Below, piece after piece: positions 7,868-16,519 of a stretch of 21,851 bases of DNA. Within the stretch, counting starts at the first letter, position 1. The number at the start of each line of letters is the position of its first letter. This stretch comes from Candidatus Undinarchaeota archaeon (lineage in GTDB: Archaea; Undinarchaeota; Undinarchaeia; Undinarchaeales; UBA543), in the NCBI GenBank assembly GCA_964636545.1, contig CAZWSR010000012.1, positions 1-21,851 on the forward strand, written 5' to 3'. The position numbers and the translations under genes are program-made. The notes below the pieces were generated by a model. It saw only the letters and a list, made by a program, of their open reading frames with translations, made no database searches and was not told where the DNA came from.

Positions 7868-8554
7868 CTAAAGTACACTAAGTCGCAGATATGTTCCAAT
7901 AATTGTGGTGAAGAGTAACGGTATTGTGGTTATGAATGCGCGCTTTTTGTCAAGACCATAATTTGTCTGAGTTGTCCAAGCACACAATATCCAAGTCCAA
8001 TACCCAGTTACAAGACTGAATAATGGAAGAATATTGAGGAACGCAGGAACAAAACAAAATCCAGTTGCTTTTGCCATTTTGTGCAAACGAACTTTATTAA
8101 ATGGATCTTGACCAGACATTACAGAACCAATAACATGCAATACACCAGTCCAGAAAAGCCATAATGCAATTAACCACACAGGCATTGCAAAAACCATTAT
8201 GAATAATTTAACTGTTGACAAGAAACTGATTAGAACTGAAGAAGTTATTAGAATACTCCACAATGAGCCACCAATTGCAGTTAAGATTCCAGCAATTATA
8301 ACAACTGCAGTTGGAACAAATAAATCACGTGGATTAACGCCTTCATCAATTACTCTTTTTATAGTTGCTTTTGGAAAAAGGAACATGCCGCGAACATGTT
8401 TTGAGAAGTGCGCACCATAACTAAAATCATTCTTTTTCCATTTAGAAATCGGATATTCAGAAAGATGACCCTTGATAGCATATTCTTTTGATTTTACTCG
8501 CTCATCAGCTTCGTGAATTGGAATGTAATCATGCTGATTTTTCTTGCTAGGCAT
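7868..8554 (-). CDS. Yip1-domain membrane protein
   Basis: PKATIKR followed by several TM helices, LHVIGSVMSG, TGFCFVP and YGLDKKRA. Start moved to ATG 8554 (MPSKK), with a TATA-like box at about 8578-8585. Confidence 0.75.
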   Translation of the reverse strand: MPSKKNQHDYIPIHEADERVKSKEYAIKGHLSEYPISKWKKNDFSYGAHFSKHVRGMFLFPKATIKRVIDEGVNPRDLFVPTAVVIIAGILTAIGGSLWSILITSSVLISFLSTVKLFIMVFAMPVWLIALWLFWTGVLHVIGSVMSGQDPFNKVRLHKMAKATGFCFVPAFLNILPLFSLVTGYWTWILCAWTTQTNYGLDKKRAFITTIPLLFTTIIGTYLRLSVL

Positions 8555-8697
8555 AGGGAATAGGTGTGCTTTTTTGTATTTATATGTAATGTTTTGGCGA
8601 GATAGAGATAGTGTTCTCCAGTTCAAATATGGACAGCCCCACCCTTTACTAACAACTAACAGAAACTTTTTATAAGTATGAAGCCAGTATATGATAA

Positions 8698-8907
8698 ATG
8701 GCCAAACCATTTGAGATAAGCAATGCATTTAAGGGAGTCTTATACAATTTGAGCCAGCTTTTGGAAGATAATTTTGACAAGAATCTGAAGACACTCGAAG
8801 CAAAGCTGGAGAAGACAAAGAATGTTAATCATGTTGCAGATAATTTCGCGAGGAGAGTGGCTAAAGATCTTTTTGGTGAAGATGATAAGATGCTTTACGC
8901 AGACTAG
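8698..8907 (+). CDS. 69-aa helical ORF, in frame with the next ORF and probably the N-terminal part of an interrupted gene
   Basis: TTTTATAA box at about 8668-8675; ends in TAG at 8905-8907, and the same frame continues ETLLNA-MTRG. Confidence 0.5.
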   Translation: MAKPFEISNAFKGVLYNLSQLLEDNFDKNLKTLEAKLEKTKNVNHVADNFARRVAKDLFGEDDKMLYAD

Positions 8908-8925
8908 GAGACCCTGCTCAACGCC

Positions 8926-10107
8926 ATGACGCGAGGCGAGGCAATGGAGTACGACCTGCGAAAATTGTACAAAAAATTGATTCACAGAAAACTCGAGTAT
9001 GATCCGCTCACAGGAAAGAATAACCTAGCAGAGATTTCTGACAAAATCGTTGAGAAAATCAATAAGTGGTACGAGAAAGTTTACGAAAAGTATGTTAATA
9101 ACGAGAAGCCGTGGCCAACCAATTCTGTAGGAATGAAAACAGAAATACTTGCACTGACCAGAGAAAAATTTGGAAAGAATTTTAAACGATTCAATGCAAC
9201 AGTGCTGTACTTCACAATAATCGTGCTCTTGTCAAGCATAGCAATAAGGATAATGAAGGAAAGTGAGGGCAAGATTAAAGAGATTAGGGAGAAAGTGACA
9301 AAAATATACGAGGAGAACAATACAGCTTTCAAGCAATACGAGGAATTACAGAAAGAAGGGCTGGTCGGGAACATCCTGTTCAGAGGAGTACAGGCAAGTG
9401 TGGAAGACATATTAAAAGCGCTTAAGGATGGAGTTTTTCATACTAAAGGACGCGGGTCTTGGACCACTGACCTACTGATTGCTGAACGTTTTGCATTGTA
9501 TGAAAACCAGGAGATGATTATTAATGATAAACGAGATGCGAATTCTAAAGTGGTGACGTTTGAACAGATAAGGAAACTGGCTGAAAAGAATAAGAAATTA
9601 GAATTTGGCAGTAGCGTGTCAATCGTGGCAGAGAAAGAAGAGATAGAAAAAATGATAGAGTATGTGACCAAACCGGAAATTGCCACATTCAAATTCTGGA
9701 CTATCCCTATAATAATAAGTTACAATATTTTTGAACAAGTAGACTGTGATCGTGATTACCTGCTCTACATAGGAGAGCACAGGTACTGGGAGGATAATAA
9801 TAAAGAGAAGCATATAAGTCCTGAGAAAGAATCAGTGTTCTTTCCTAATCGGAACAAGCTGAAACTGGACGACGCATCCATAGACCTTTACATATGCAAT
9901 CAGACGTACACATTGAAAAATCCTGCTGATTATAATCCAAATCAAAAATACTTAGTATTTTGCAACAGATGCGGAGAGGTAGGAGATATTAGAAAAGGCA
10001 AGTGCGAGGAATGCGGTGCAAAATTGATAAAGAAAAAGAGGAAGAAAAAACAACCAAACCCTATGGAGAGATTTGACAAAACAAGGAGAAAAGGAAGAAA
10101 GAAGTAG
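8926..10107 (+). CDS. Putative ADP-ribosyltransferase-fold protein (R-S-E type) with a C-terminal Zn ribbon
   Basis: ILFRG (R at 9382), GSWTTD (S at 9457) and EKESVF (9823-9831) in canonical order, then CNRC..CEEC and a basic tail. Confidence 0.6.
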   Translation: MTRGEAMEYDLRKLYKKLIHRKLEYDPLTGKNNLAEISDKIVEKINKWYEKVYEKYVNNEKPWPTNSVGMKTEILALTREKFGKNFKRFNATVLYFTIIVLLSSIAIRIMKESEGKIKEIREKVTKIYEENNTAFKQYEELQKEGLVGNILFRGVQASVEDILKALKDGVFHTKGRGSWTTDLLIAERFALYENQEMIINDKRDANSKVVTFEQIRKLAEKNKKLEFGSSVSIVAEKEEIEKMIEYVTKPEIATFKFWTIPIIISYNIFEQVDCDRDYLLYIGEHRYWEDNNKEKHISPEKESVFFPNRNKLKLDDASIDLYICNQTYTLKNPADYNPNQKYLVFCNRCGEVGDIRKGKCEECGAKLIKKKRKKKQPNPMERFDKTRRKGRKK

Positions 10108-10148
10108 GACCACTACGTTTTTAAATAAGAACAATAAACACAATTCTA

Positions 10149-11585
10149 ATGGCAAAAGAGAAAATTATTGGAATGACAGTGAAAAAGTCAGAGAACTTTC
10201 CTGACTGGTACACTGAAGTAATACAAAAAGCAGAACTTGCTGACTATGCAGCTATTGCAGGATGTATTGTATTCCGACCATATTCTTATGAGATTTGGGA
10301 GTTTGTTCAAGATTATATTAACAAAGACATTAAGAAAAGAGGGCACAAGAACGCTTATTTCCCATTATTTATTCCAGAATCATTTTTCAAAAAAGAATCA
10401 GACCATGTTGAAGGTTTTGCACCTGAAGTTGCATGGATTGAACAAAAAGAAGGAGATGCTGAGCGATATGCACTTCGTCCAACTTCTGAAGCAATTATAA
10501 TGGACTCCTATTCAAAATGGGTTAAGTCGCACAGAGATCTTCCAATTCTTCTAAACCAATGGTGCAATGTTGTTCGCTGGGAAACACAAGTTACAAAACC
10601 ATTTTTACGGACTCGAGAGTTCTTGTGGCAAGAAGGGCATACTGCTCACAAAAACCAGAAAGAAGCTGAAGATGAAGTCAGAGTTTCACTTGAAATGTAT
10701 AAGAAATTAGTTGAAGAAAATATGGCTATTCCAGTACTTGCTGGCAAAAAATCAGAAGCTGAGAAATTCGCAGGTGCAGATTACACAGTATGTTTAGAAT
10801 CAATGATGCCTGACGGAAAAGCGCTTCAAATGTGTACTTCCCATTACCTTGGACAAAATTTTGCAAAGGCCTTTGATATTAAGTTCCTTGATGAAAATGA
10901 TAAGCATGCACACGCTCACACAACTTCCTGGGGAATGAGCACAAGAACAATTGGCGCAATAATTATGGCACATGGCGATGACAAAGGATTGATAATGCCA
11001 CCTAGAATGGCCCCAATCCAAGCAGTTGTTGTTCCAATTTTATTTGATAATACAAAAAAGAATGTTTTGAAAACAGCTGGAGAAATCAGTAAGAAACTTT
11101 CTGAAACAATACGTATTCATTTTGATGATCGTGAAAATTACAGCCCTGGATGGAAATACAACCACTGGGAATTAAAAGGAGTTCCTGTTAGAATTGAAAT
11201 TGGTCCAAAAGATATTGAAAAGAAACAAGTTGTGCTTGTACGCAGAGACAATGGAGAAAAAACTTTTGTAAAAATTTCAGAACTTGAAAAGAAACTTCCA
11301 GTGCTTCTTGAAACAATCCAAAAAGCAATGTATGCAAAGGCCTTGAAATTCTTGAAATCAAGTATTAGTGAAGCAAAAACATTCAAAGAATTCTCAGAAA
11401 TTATTGAAAAGAAACGTGGTTTTATTAAAGCAAATTGGTGTGGTGAAAAGAGCTGTGAAGAACAAATAAAAGATAAAACAACTGCAACTGTTCGTTTAAT
11501 TGATGGAAAAGGAAAACCAAGTGGAAAGTGCGTGAACTGTGGGAAAAAGGCCACTGCTGTTGCTTATTTTGCTAAGAGTTATTAG
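10149..11585 (+). CDS. proS: Proline--tRNA ligase, archaeal/eukaryotic type
   Basis: LRPTSE, RWE..PFLRTREFLWQEGHT, HGDDKGL, a C-terminal Zn domain and a terminal AKSY. Confidence 0.97.
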   Translation: MAKEKIIGMTVKKSENFPDWYTEVIQKAELADYAAIAGCIVFRPYSYEIWEFVQDYINKDIKKRGHKNAYFPLFIPESFFKKESDHVEGFAPEVAWIEQKEGDAERYALRPTSEAIIMDSYSKWVKSHRDLPILLNQWCNVVRWETQVTKPFLRTREFLWQEGHTAHKNQKEAEDEVRVSLEMYKKLVEENMAIPVLAGKKSEAEKFAGADYTVCLESMMPDGKALQMCTSHYLGQNFAKAFDIKFLDENDKHAHAHTTSWGMSTRTIGAIIMAHGDDKGLIMPPRMAPIQAVVVPILFDNTKKNVLKTAGEISKKLSETIRIHFDDRENYSPGWKYNHWELKGVPVRIEIGPKDIEKKQVVLVRRDNGEKTFVKISELEKKLPVLLETIQKAMYAKALKFLKSSISEAKTFKEFSEIIEKKRGFIKANWCGEKSCEEQIKDKTTATVRLIDGKGKPSGKCVNCGKKATAVAYFAKSY

Positions 11586-11593
11586 AAAAAGGA

Positions 11594-11613
11594 TGGGGCT
11601 TTTTAAGGCCCCA
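11594..11613. terminator. Hairpin between convergent proS and the acidic micro-ORF
   Basis: TGGGGCTT-ttt-AAGGCCCCA imperfect stem, followed by a T-run on the minus strand. Confidence 0.55.
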
Positions 11614-11621
11614 AAAGAGTT

Positions 11622-11735
11622 TTAGTAGTCGTCGTCGCTGTCATCAACGTCGGTTTCATCCTTTTTATCAGGTTCACTGAAATCGTCGGTGTTTTCGTTT
11701 TCAAAGTTGTCGTTATCGTCGTCTTCATACCACAT
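11622..11735 (-). CDS. 37-aa highly acidic microprotein
   Basis: MWYEDDDNDNFENENTDDFSEPDKKDETDVDDSDDDY, with an AGGGGT SD-like sequence and a TATA-like box at about 11781-11787. Confidence 0.6.
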   Translation of the reverse strand: MWYEDDDNDNFENENTDDFSEPDKKDETDVDDSDDDY

Positions 11736-11815
11736 AAGAGTGTACCCCCTATATTGTTGCTGGCATATGAGGAAAAGTAGTTTATATGTTTTTCGACTTT
11801 TGCAAAAATAAGAAA

Positions 11816-12017
11816 TGGACCCACAGGGATTTGAACCCTGGGCCTCCACCTGCTTCGATTTACTCAAATGAGTAGATACCCGTAATCCAATTGTGGGATT
11901 CGCGAAGCGAACTCCCACGTGGAGGTATCGGAACCGGGGCAAAGGCGAAAACTTCACCAAGGCCTTGCAGGTTCTGATTTGCGAAGGTGGCGATCTACCA
12001 AGCTGAGCTACGAGCCC
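11816..12017 (-). tRNA. tRNA-Ala(CGC) with a 128-nt intron at 37/38 (exons 12017-11980 and 11851-11816)
   Basis: Acceptor GGGCTCG/TGGGTCC-A with G3:U70, anticodon arm CCACC-TTCGCA^A-GGTGG, T arm CAGGG-TTCAAAT-CCCTG. One D-stem mismatch; CCA not encoded. Confidence 0.93.
11852..11979 (-). other. Archaeal bulge-helix-bulge tRNA intron, 128 nt, highly structured
   Basis: Central helix TTCG/CGAA with 3-nt bulges CA^A and GC^A, and three internal arms. Confidence 0.88.
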
Positions 12018-12051
12018 ATAATTAGAACAAAACAATATCAAATATAAATAA

Positions 12052-12204
12052 CTACCTTTTCTTGCGGAAATACCAGAAAGATAAAAATCCAAGGAGACTA
12101 ATACCAGCAACAAGGAAAACAATTGCAAGATTGTTAATCATTTTTCCAAAAAGCAGATTAGCTGAAACTTGAATACCTTGCATGGTTACTGCTGGATCTG
12201 CCAT
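12052..12204 (-). CDS. 50-aa single-TM membrane protein
   Basis: MADPAVTMQGIQ..LAIVFLVAGISLLGFLSFWYFRKKR; a TTTAAATA box at about 12228-12235 favours ATG 12204. Confidence 0.6.
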   Translation of the reverse strand: MADPAVTMQGIQVSANLLFGKMINNLAIVFLVAGISLLGFLSFWYFRKKR

Positions 12205-12269
12205 AATGAATAGGGTGTATGTCTTGTTATTTAAAAGTTGAGGTGGATTGATAATCAACTTTAATAAAA

Positions 12270-12337
12270 AGAATTTGGAGTTTAGAATTTAGAGTTTGGA
12301 GTAAACTCTAAAATCCAAATTCCAAACTCTAAACTCC
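12270..12337. repeat. Palindromic heptamer-array element (family RGARTTT)
   Basis: AGAATTT GGAGTTT AGAATTT AGAGTTT GGAGT AAACTCT AAAATCC AAATTCC AAACTCT AAACTCC, just after the stop at 12346. Confidence 0.85.
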
Positions 12338-12345
12338 GAACCAAT

Positions 12346-12546
12346 TTAACCAACTGGCCATACAATTGAACCTGCATACAAAACAACAAATAAAACTCCA
12401 AATAACACAAGATACCCAAAAATAAACTTGAAATATTTAATTATCACAATTCCAAACACAACAACAATGAAACACGCCAATAAGATTATAGTATATGTAA
12501 TAAAACTAGGAAATGCCATTAAGGCAATTATCCATCCAATAACCAT
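12346..12546 (-). CDS. Small hydrophobic membrane protein (~66 aa)
   Basis: Two to three TM segments; a GGGGTG SD upstream of ATG 12546. Confidence 0.55.
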   Translation of the reverse strand: MVIGWIIALMAFPSFITYTIILLACFIVVVFGIVIIKYFKFIFGYLVLFGVLFVVLYAGSIVWPVG

Positions 12547-12745
12547 TAGCAACACCCCTGATTGCAATTATAAAATTGAGGCACAAATATGTTATTTGCG
12601 TTTTTGAAATATGTCCTGACCGTCTTTACCACTTCGCACACCAATAAAAGAAGTGAGTAATGTAGTATATATATCTTACAATACATGAAATGAATTGGTT
12701 TTGGTTTCCATAATGCTTTTAAAACAAAATTAATGACAAGAACTT

Positions 12746-14623
12746 ATGAAAAAGATAATTGCAATAACTGTTTTGATTTTTCTGCTCAGCATTACTGCTG
12801 TTTATGCAGAAACTCGCACTGCGACAATAGATCTACCAGCTGTGCGCTCTGACGGAACCGGCGTCCTGTCTTCAATGGAAGTTGAGATTGTTCCAGGAAA
12901 AGGACGGGTACTTTTGACAATAAGTCCATTTACTGGAATAGAAACACAGAACTCAGAAATTACTGCTGTTGATACGGCAAAAAAATACACAGACTTTGAC
13001 TTTTCAACACATGATGTTATATTCACAATAAATGCTGGAAAATCAACAGTAGTTGATGGACCATCTGCTGGAGCTGCAATGACAGTTGCGGTAATAGCTG
13101 CTGCTGAAGGAAAAGAAATACGAGAAGATGGCGGAATTACTGGGACAATAAGTACTGATGGAAAAGTTGGAAAAGTTGGAGGAATTCTTGAAAAAGGGAA
13201 GGCGGCTGCAGAAGGTGGAGACAAAATCTTTGTGATTCCAAAAGGCGATTCAATACAGCCAACAATTGTTGAAAAAGAAGAAGAACCTGCGCCTGGCTGG
13301 ATAATAAAACGAATAACAACAGAATATGTTGATATTTCAAAAACACTAAAAAATGAGCACGGAATCGAAGTTATAGAAGTTGAAACAATACAAGATGCAA
13401 TTGACATACTTTTGAATGGTGAGGACACTATTAAAGAAAAAGAGGAAAAAGAACCAGAAAAATTAACAGACATTGAAAAACAAATAACAACTGAATTAAC
13501 AGACCCAATGAAAGTGCTTGCAGAATGGGAAATGGATGAAGCAGAAATTATACGTGAAGAAGCAAAAGAGAATCTTGGAAATCCAAAACTGGACCCATTA
13601 AAAAATTCAATGCTACAAGATATTTTTTCAGATCTTGATAGAGAAATTTCAAAATCAAAACAGGCTTTTGACAAGGGTTATCTTTATGGAGCAGCAAATT
13701 ATGGATTTAGAGCAGGAATAACTGCACGATACATTAGAGATATTGCAGAATTTTATGTTCTTGATGAAAAAGAACAAATGGCATTTCTTGGGGACAGGAT
13801 AACAGAAACCACAGAAATGGTAAACAGAATTAAGAAACTTGTTGAAGATAACCAGCACTTAGCTGCTGATTCTGGTGCATATGAATGGGGTTTGTCAGCG
13901 CAACAGCGAATAATTCAGGCAGAAGAACAGCTAGCAGATAGAAAAGAATCAAGTGAAGAAATCTTATACTCATTATCAACGGTTCAGAGCTGGGCACAGA
14001 TTTCTGAGAACTTCCTTGTAATTGCACAAGAATTAAAAACCGGAAATATTCTTGACCTTTTTGAATATGAAAACAAGAGCAACACTGCAATTGCACGAGC
14101 AGAAGCAGAACAGGGTTTGCTTGATGAAGATCATTCATATGGAGCAGGTTGGTACATTGATGTTGCAAAAAAAGAGCAGGAAGCAGAGTGGTTTGCAGCA
14201 TCATATATGGATGCCAGTGTTGCATCTATGCGCCTTGAAACTTTGAAAGAAATTGATACGCGTGGCTGGAGTGATTTGGTTTCATATATTGAAAACGAGT
14301 TGGAGGAAGTTAATGCTACAAACTCAGCTTGGGGCACACTGTACCGAGATTATGGAGAACTTACTTTACATTATGCAAAAACTGAACTTGATGTTGAAAA
14401 ATTAAAAGAAGCATTGATTTATGCAAGACAAGCAAAACTTTACAGTGAATTAACTGCAGAATATTCAGAATTAGAAGAAGCTAAATTTGGAATATATACT
14501 GGACTGATTAACAAAAGCATTCCAATTATTGTTGGAATTGGTTTTGGTATAGTTATTATTCTGACTTTTATGAGCAAAAGCATTCACAAAAGTTTTGATA
14601 GAAAAAACAAGAAGAAAAAGTGA
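12746..14623 (+). CDS. Secreted, C-terminally anchored S16 (Lon-like) serine protease lacking an AAA+ domain
   Basis: Signal peptide, DGPSAGAAMT catalytic Ser, TGTI..G.VGKVGGILEK (Lys), a helical region, and a C-terminal TM helix with a basic tail. Confidence 0.88.
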   Translation: MKKIIAITVLIFLLSITAVYAETRTATIDLPAVRSDGTGVLSSMEVEIVPGKGRVLLTISPFTGIETQNSEITAVDTAKKYTDFDFSTHDVIFTINAGKSTVVDGPSAGAAMTVAVIAAAEGKEIREDGGITGTISTDGKVGKVGGILEKGKAAAEGGDKIFVIPKGDSIQPTIVEKEEEPAPGWIIKRITTEYVDISKTLKNEHGIEVIEVETIQDAIDILLNGEDTIKEKEEKEPEKLTDIEKQITTELTDPMKVLAEWEMDEAEIIREEAKENLGNPKLDPLKNSMLQDIFSDLDREISKSKQAFDKGYLYGAANYGFRAGITARYIRDIAEFYVLDEKEQMAFLGDRITETTEMVNRIKKLVEDNQHLAADSGAYEWGLSAQQRIIQAEEQLADRKESSEEILYSLSTVQSWAQISENFLVIAQELKTGNILDLFEYENKSNTAIARAEAEQGLLDEDHSYGAGWYIDVAKKEQEAEWFAASYMDASVASMRLETLKEIDTRGWSDLVSYIENELEEVNATNSAWGTLYRDYGELTLHYAKTELDVEKLKEALIYARQAKLYSELTAEYSELEEAKFGIYTGLINKSIPIIVGIGFGIVIILTFMSKSIHKSFDRKNKKKK

Positions 14624-14649
14624 GAGCGCTTGTCCACTAAGCGCCCTCA
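14621..14649. terminator. Hairpin terminator between the convergent protease gene and metK
   Basis: TGAGAGCGCTT-gtccact-AAGCGCCCTCA; on the minus strand the mismatch becomes G-U and a T-run follows. Confidence 0.65.
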
Positions 14650-14658
14650 AAAAAGAGC

Positions 14659-15840
14659 TTAAAGTCCTGCGTCTTGCTTCAGAACTTCTGCTTTGTCAGT
14701 TTTTTCCCAAGTAAAATCAGGGTCCTCGCGACCAAAGTGGCCGTAAGTTGCTGTTTTTCGGAAAATTGGTCTCCTTAGATCAAGCTGTTCCAATATGTCC
14801 TTTGGTTTCAATGGAAAGTGCTTTCTAACAAGCTCAACTAATTTCTCATCTGGAACTTTACCAGTGCCAAATGTGTTAACCATCACAGAAACAGGTTCTG
14901 CAACACCGATTGCATATGCCAACTGAATTTCACATTTCTCAGCTAATTCAGCAGCTACAATGTTCTTAGCAATGTGCCGTGATGCATAACTTGCTGACCT
15001 GTCAACTTTTGTTGGATCTTTTCCAGAGAAACAGCCACCGCCGTGGGAGCCAGTTCCGCCATAAGTATCAACAATAATCTTTCGACCAGTTAATCCAGAA
15101 TCTCCAGGAGGTCCGCCAATAACGAATCTGCCTGTTGGATTCACAAGGAATGTTGTGTTTTCATCAATCCATTCACCACAGATTGGTTTGATAACTTTTT
15201 CAATTATCTCATTTTTTGCATCCTGTGAAACGTGGTTGGTTGCAGAATCAATTACTGATTCATCGTGTTGAGTTGAGATAAGAATTGTGTCTGCTCTTTT
15301 TGGTTTTCCATCTTCATACTCAATTGTTACCTGAGACTTCCCATCAGTTCGAATCCAAGGAATTTCCTTACTTTTTCGAACATCTGAAAGTTTTTTAGTA
15401 AGTCTGTGTGCAAGATCAATTGGAAGAGGCATTAGAGTTGGAGTTTCATTACAAGCATACCCAAACATGAGTCCCTGATCCCCAGCACCTTGTTCTTGCT
15501 GTTCGCCCTTTTCTTCATCAACACCCTGAGAAATATCAGGACTTTGAGCATGCAATGCAACAACTACTGCGCACTGGTCAGCGTCAAAACCGATTGCAGG
15601 ATCATCGTATCCAGCTTCACGGATAACGTCTCTTGCAACGCCCTGAACATCAATGTAGCCTTTTGTTGTTACTTCGCCAGCTACAACAATTAATCCAGTT
15701 GTTGTAAGTGTTTCTACAGCAACCCTTGATTGGGGGTCCTGTTTGTAGAGAGCATCAAGCACTCCGTCTGAAATCTGGTCGCAGAGTTTGTCAGGATGAC
15801 CTTCTGTGACAGATTCTGATGTAAATAAGTGTTTAACCAT
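14659..15840 (-). CDS. metK: S-adenosylmethionine synthetase, bacterial/eukaryotic type
   Basis: [46 protein letters not shown] and YGHFGR; AGGTGA SD. Confidence 0.97.
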   Translation of the reverse strand: MVKHLFTSESVTEGHPDKLCDQISDGVLDALYKQDPQSRVAVETLTTTGLIVVAGEVTTKGYIDVQGVARDVIREAGYDDPAIGFDADQCAVVVALHAQSPDISQGVDEEKGEQQEQGAGDQGLMFGYACNETPTLMPLPIDLAHRLTKKLSDVRKSKEIPWIRTDGKSQVTIEYEDGKPKRADTILISTQHDESVIDSATNHVSQDAKNEIIEKVIKPICGEWIDENTTFLVNPTGRFVIGGPPGDSGLTGRKIIVDTYGGTGSHGGGCFSGKDPTKVDRSASYASRHIAKNIVAAELAEKCEIQLAYAIGVAEPVSVMVNTFGTGKVPDEKLVELVRKHFPLKPKDILEQLDLRRPIFRKTATYGHFGREDPDFTWEKTDKAEVLKQDAGL

Positions 15841-15876
15841 TTTTAATTCACCTTAGAAAAACGAAGGGAAAAAGAG

Positions 15877-15927
15877 TATATATAGGTTCTTGGCAGGAAT
15901 ATTCCAATAGGAATAAAGATTTATATA
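15877..15927. promoter_or_regulatory. Divergent promoters: metK TATA (15877-15884), operator TATTCC-AATA-GGAATA (15900-15915), regulator TATA (15920-15927)
   Basis: Perfect 6-4-6 inverted repeat between two oppositely oriented TATA boxes, with an extra GGAATA half-site at 15896-15901. Confidence 0.75.
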
Positions 15928-15949
15928 GGTTATGAATGTTATATTAACT

Positions 15950-16486
15950 ATGTTGCTAGAATCCATTGGAAAACGCAGAAGAATGCTTGGATTAACTCAA
16001 GCAGAGCTTGCGAGAAAAGCTGATGTATCACAGAGCATGATAGCGAAAATAGAAGCTGGAACACTTAGCCCAAGCTATGACAAAGCACAAGCAATTTTTG
16101 AATCACTTGAAGAACTGGAAAAAGAAAAATCATTAAAGGCGCGGGATATTGTTCATAAAACTATAGTTGTTGTAAATGCAAGTGATCAGATTGATACTGC
16201 AATTAAATTAATGAAACAGAAAGGGCTGTCGCAATTGCCTGTTTTTAATAGAAAACATCTTGTTGGACTTGTTTCTGAGAAAAATATTGTAGAAAATCTT
16301 GGAACAGATAATCTCGGTACTCAAAAAATTTCAACAATAATGGAAGAAGCTCCCCCAACAATTTCTGAAGATACTCCAATTAAATTGGTTTCTGAATTAT
16401 TGAAATATAATTTACTAGTTGTTGTTTACAAAAAAGCAGAATTGGTTGGTGTTATTACTAAAGCGGATTTGTTGAAAACAATATGA
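15950..16486 (+). CDS. Transcriptional regulator: XRE-type HTH plus a tandem CBS pair (COG3620-like)
   Basis: RRMLGLTQAELARKADVSQSMIAKIEAG HTH, then two CBS repeats (SQLPV..LVGLVS; LVGVITKADLL). TATA position favours a leaderless ATG at 15950 over 15932. Confidence 0.9.
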   Translation: MLLESIGKRRRMLGLTQAELARKADVSQSMIAKIEAGTLSPSYDKAQAIFESLEELEKEKSLKARDIVHKTIVVVNASDQIDTAIKLMKQKGLSQLPVFNRKHLVGLVSEKNIVENLGTDNLGTQKISTIMEEAPPTISEDTPIKLVSELLKYNLLVVVYKKAELVGVITKADLLKTI

Positions 16487-16519
16487 AACCTTAAATATTA
16501 GAAAGAATAGAGAGATAGT

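Noticed and set aside
8555-8728. N-terminal 58 aa of the 286-aa ORF
   Set aside because: It spans divergent promoters and overlaps the ORF starting at 8698; the TATA position supports ATG 8554.
8905-8907. Genome-wide TAG recoding as the explanation for the in-frame amber codon
   Set aside because: TAG terminates other genes here, including proS right after its canonical AKSY end, plus metG and the Yip1 gene. No pyl genes or tRNA-Pyl are in the window.
11736-12128. 5' part of the 168-aa ORF 11622..12128 in the track
   Set aside because: It runs through the tRNA-Ala gene and its intron; only the last 37 codons have their own start signals.
12612-12645. tRNA-5'-half-like string on the minus strand (GGTGTGCGAAGTGGTAAAGACGGTCAGGAC) below a TATA box, suggesting a split tRNA
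   Set aside because: It has a D-loop-like AGTGGTAAA but no pairing D-stem, anticodon arm or partner half is visible. At most a decayed remnant.
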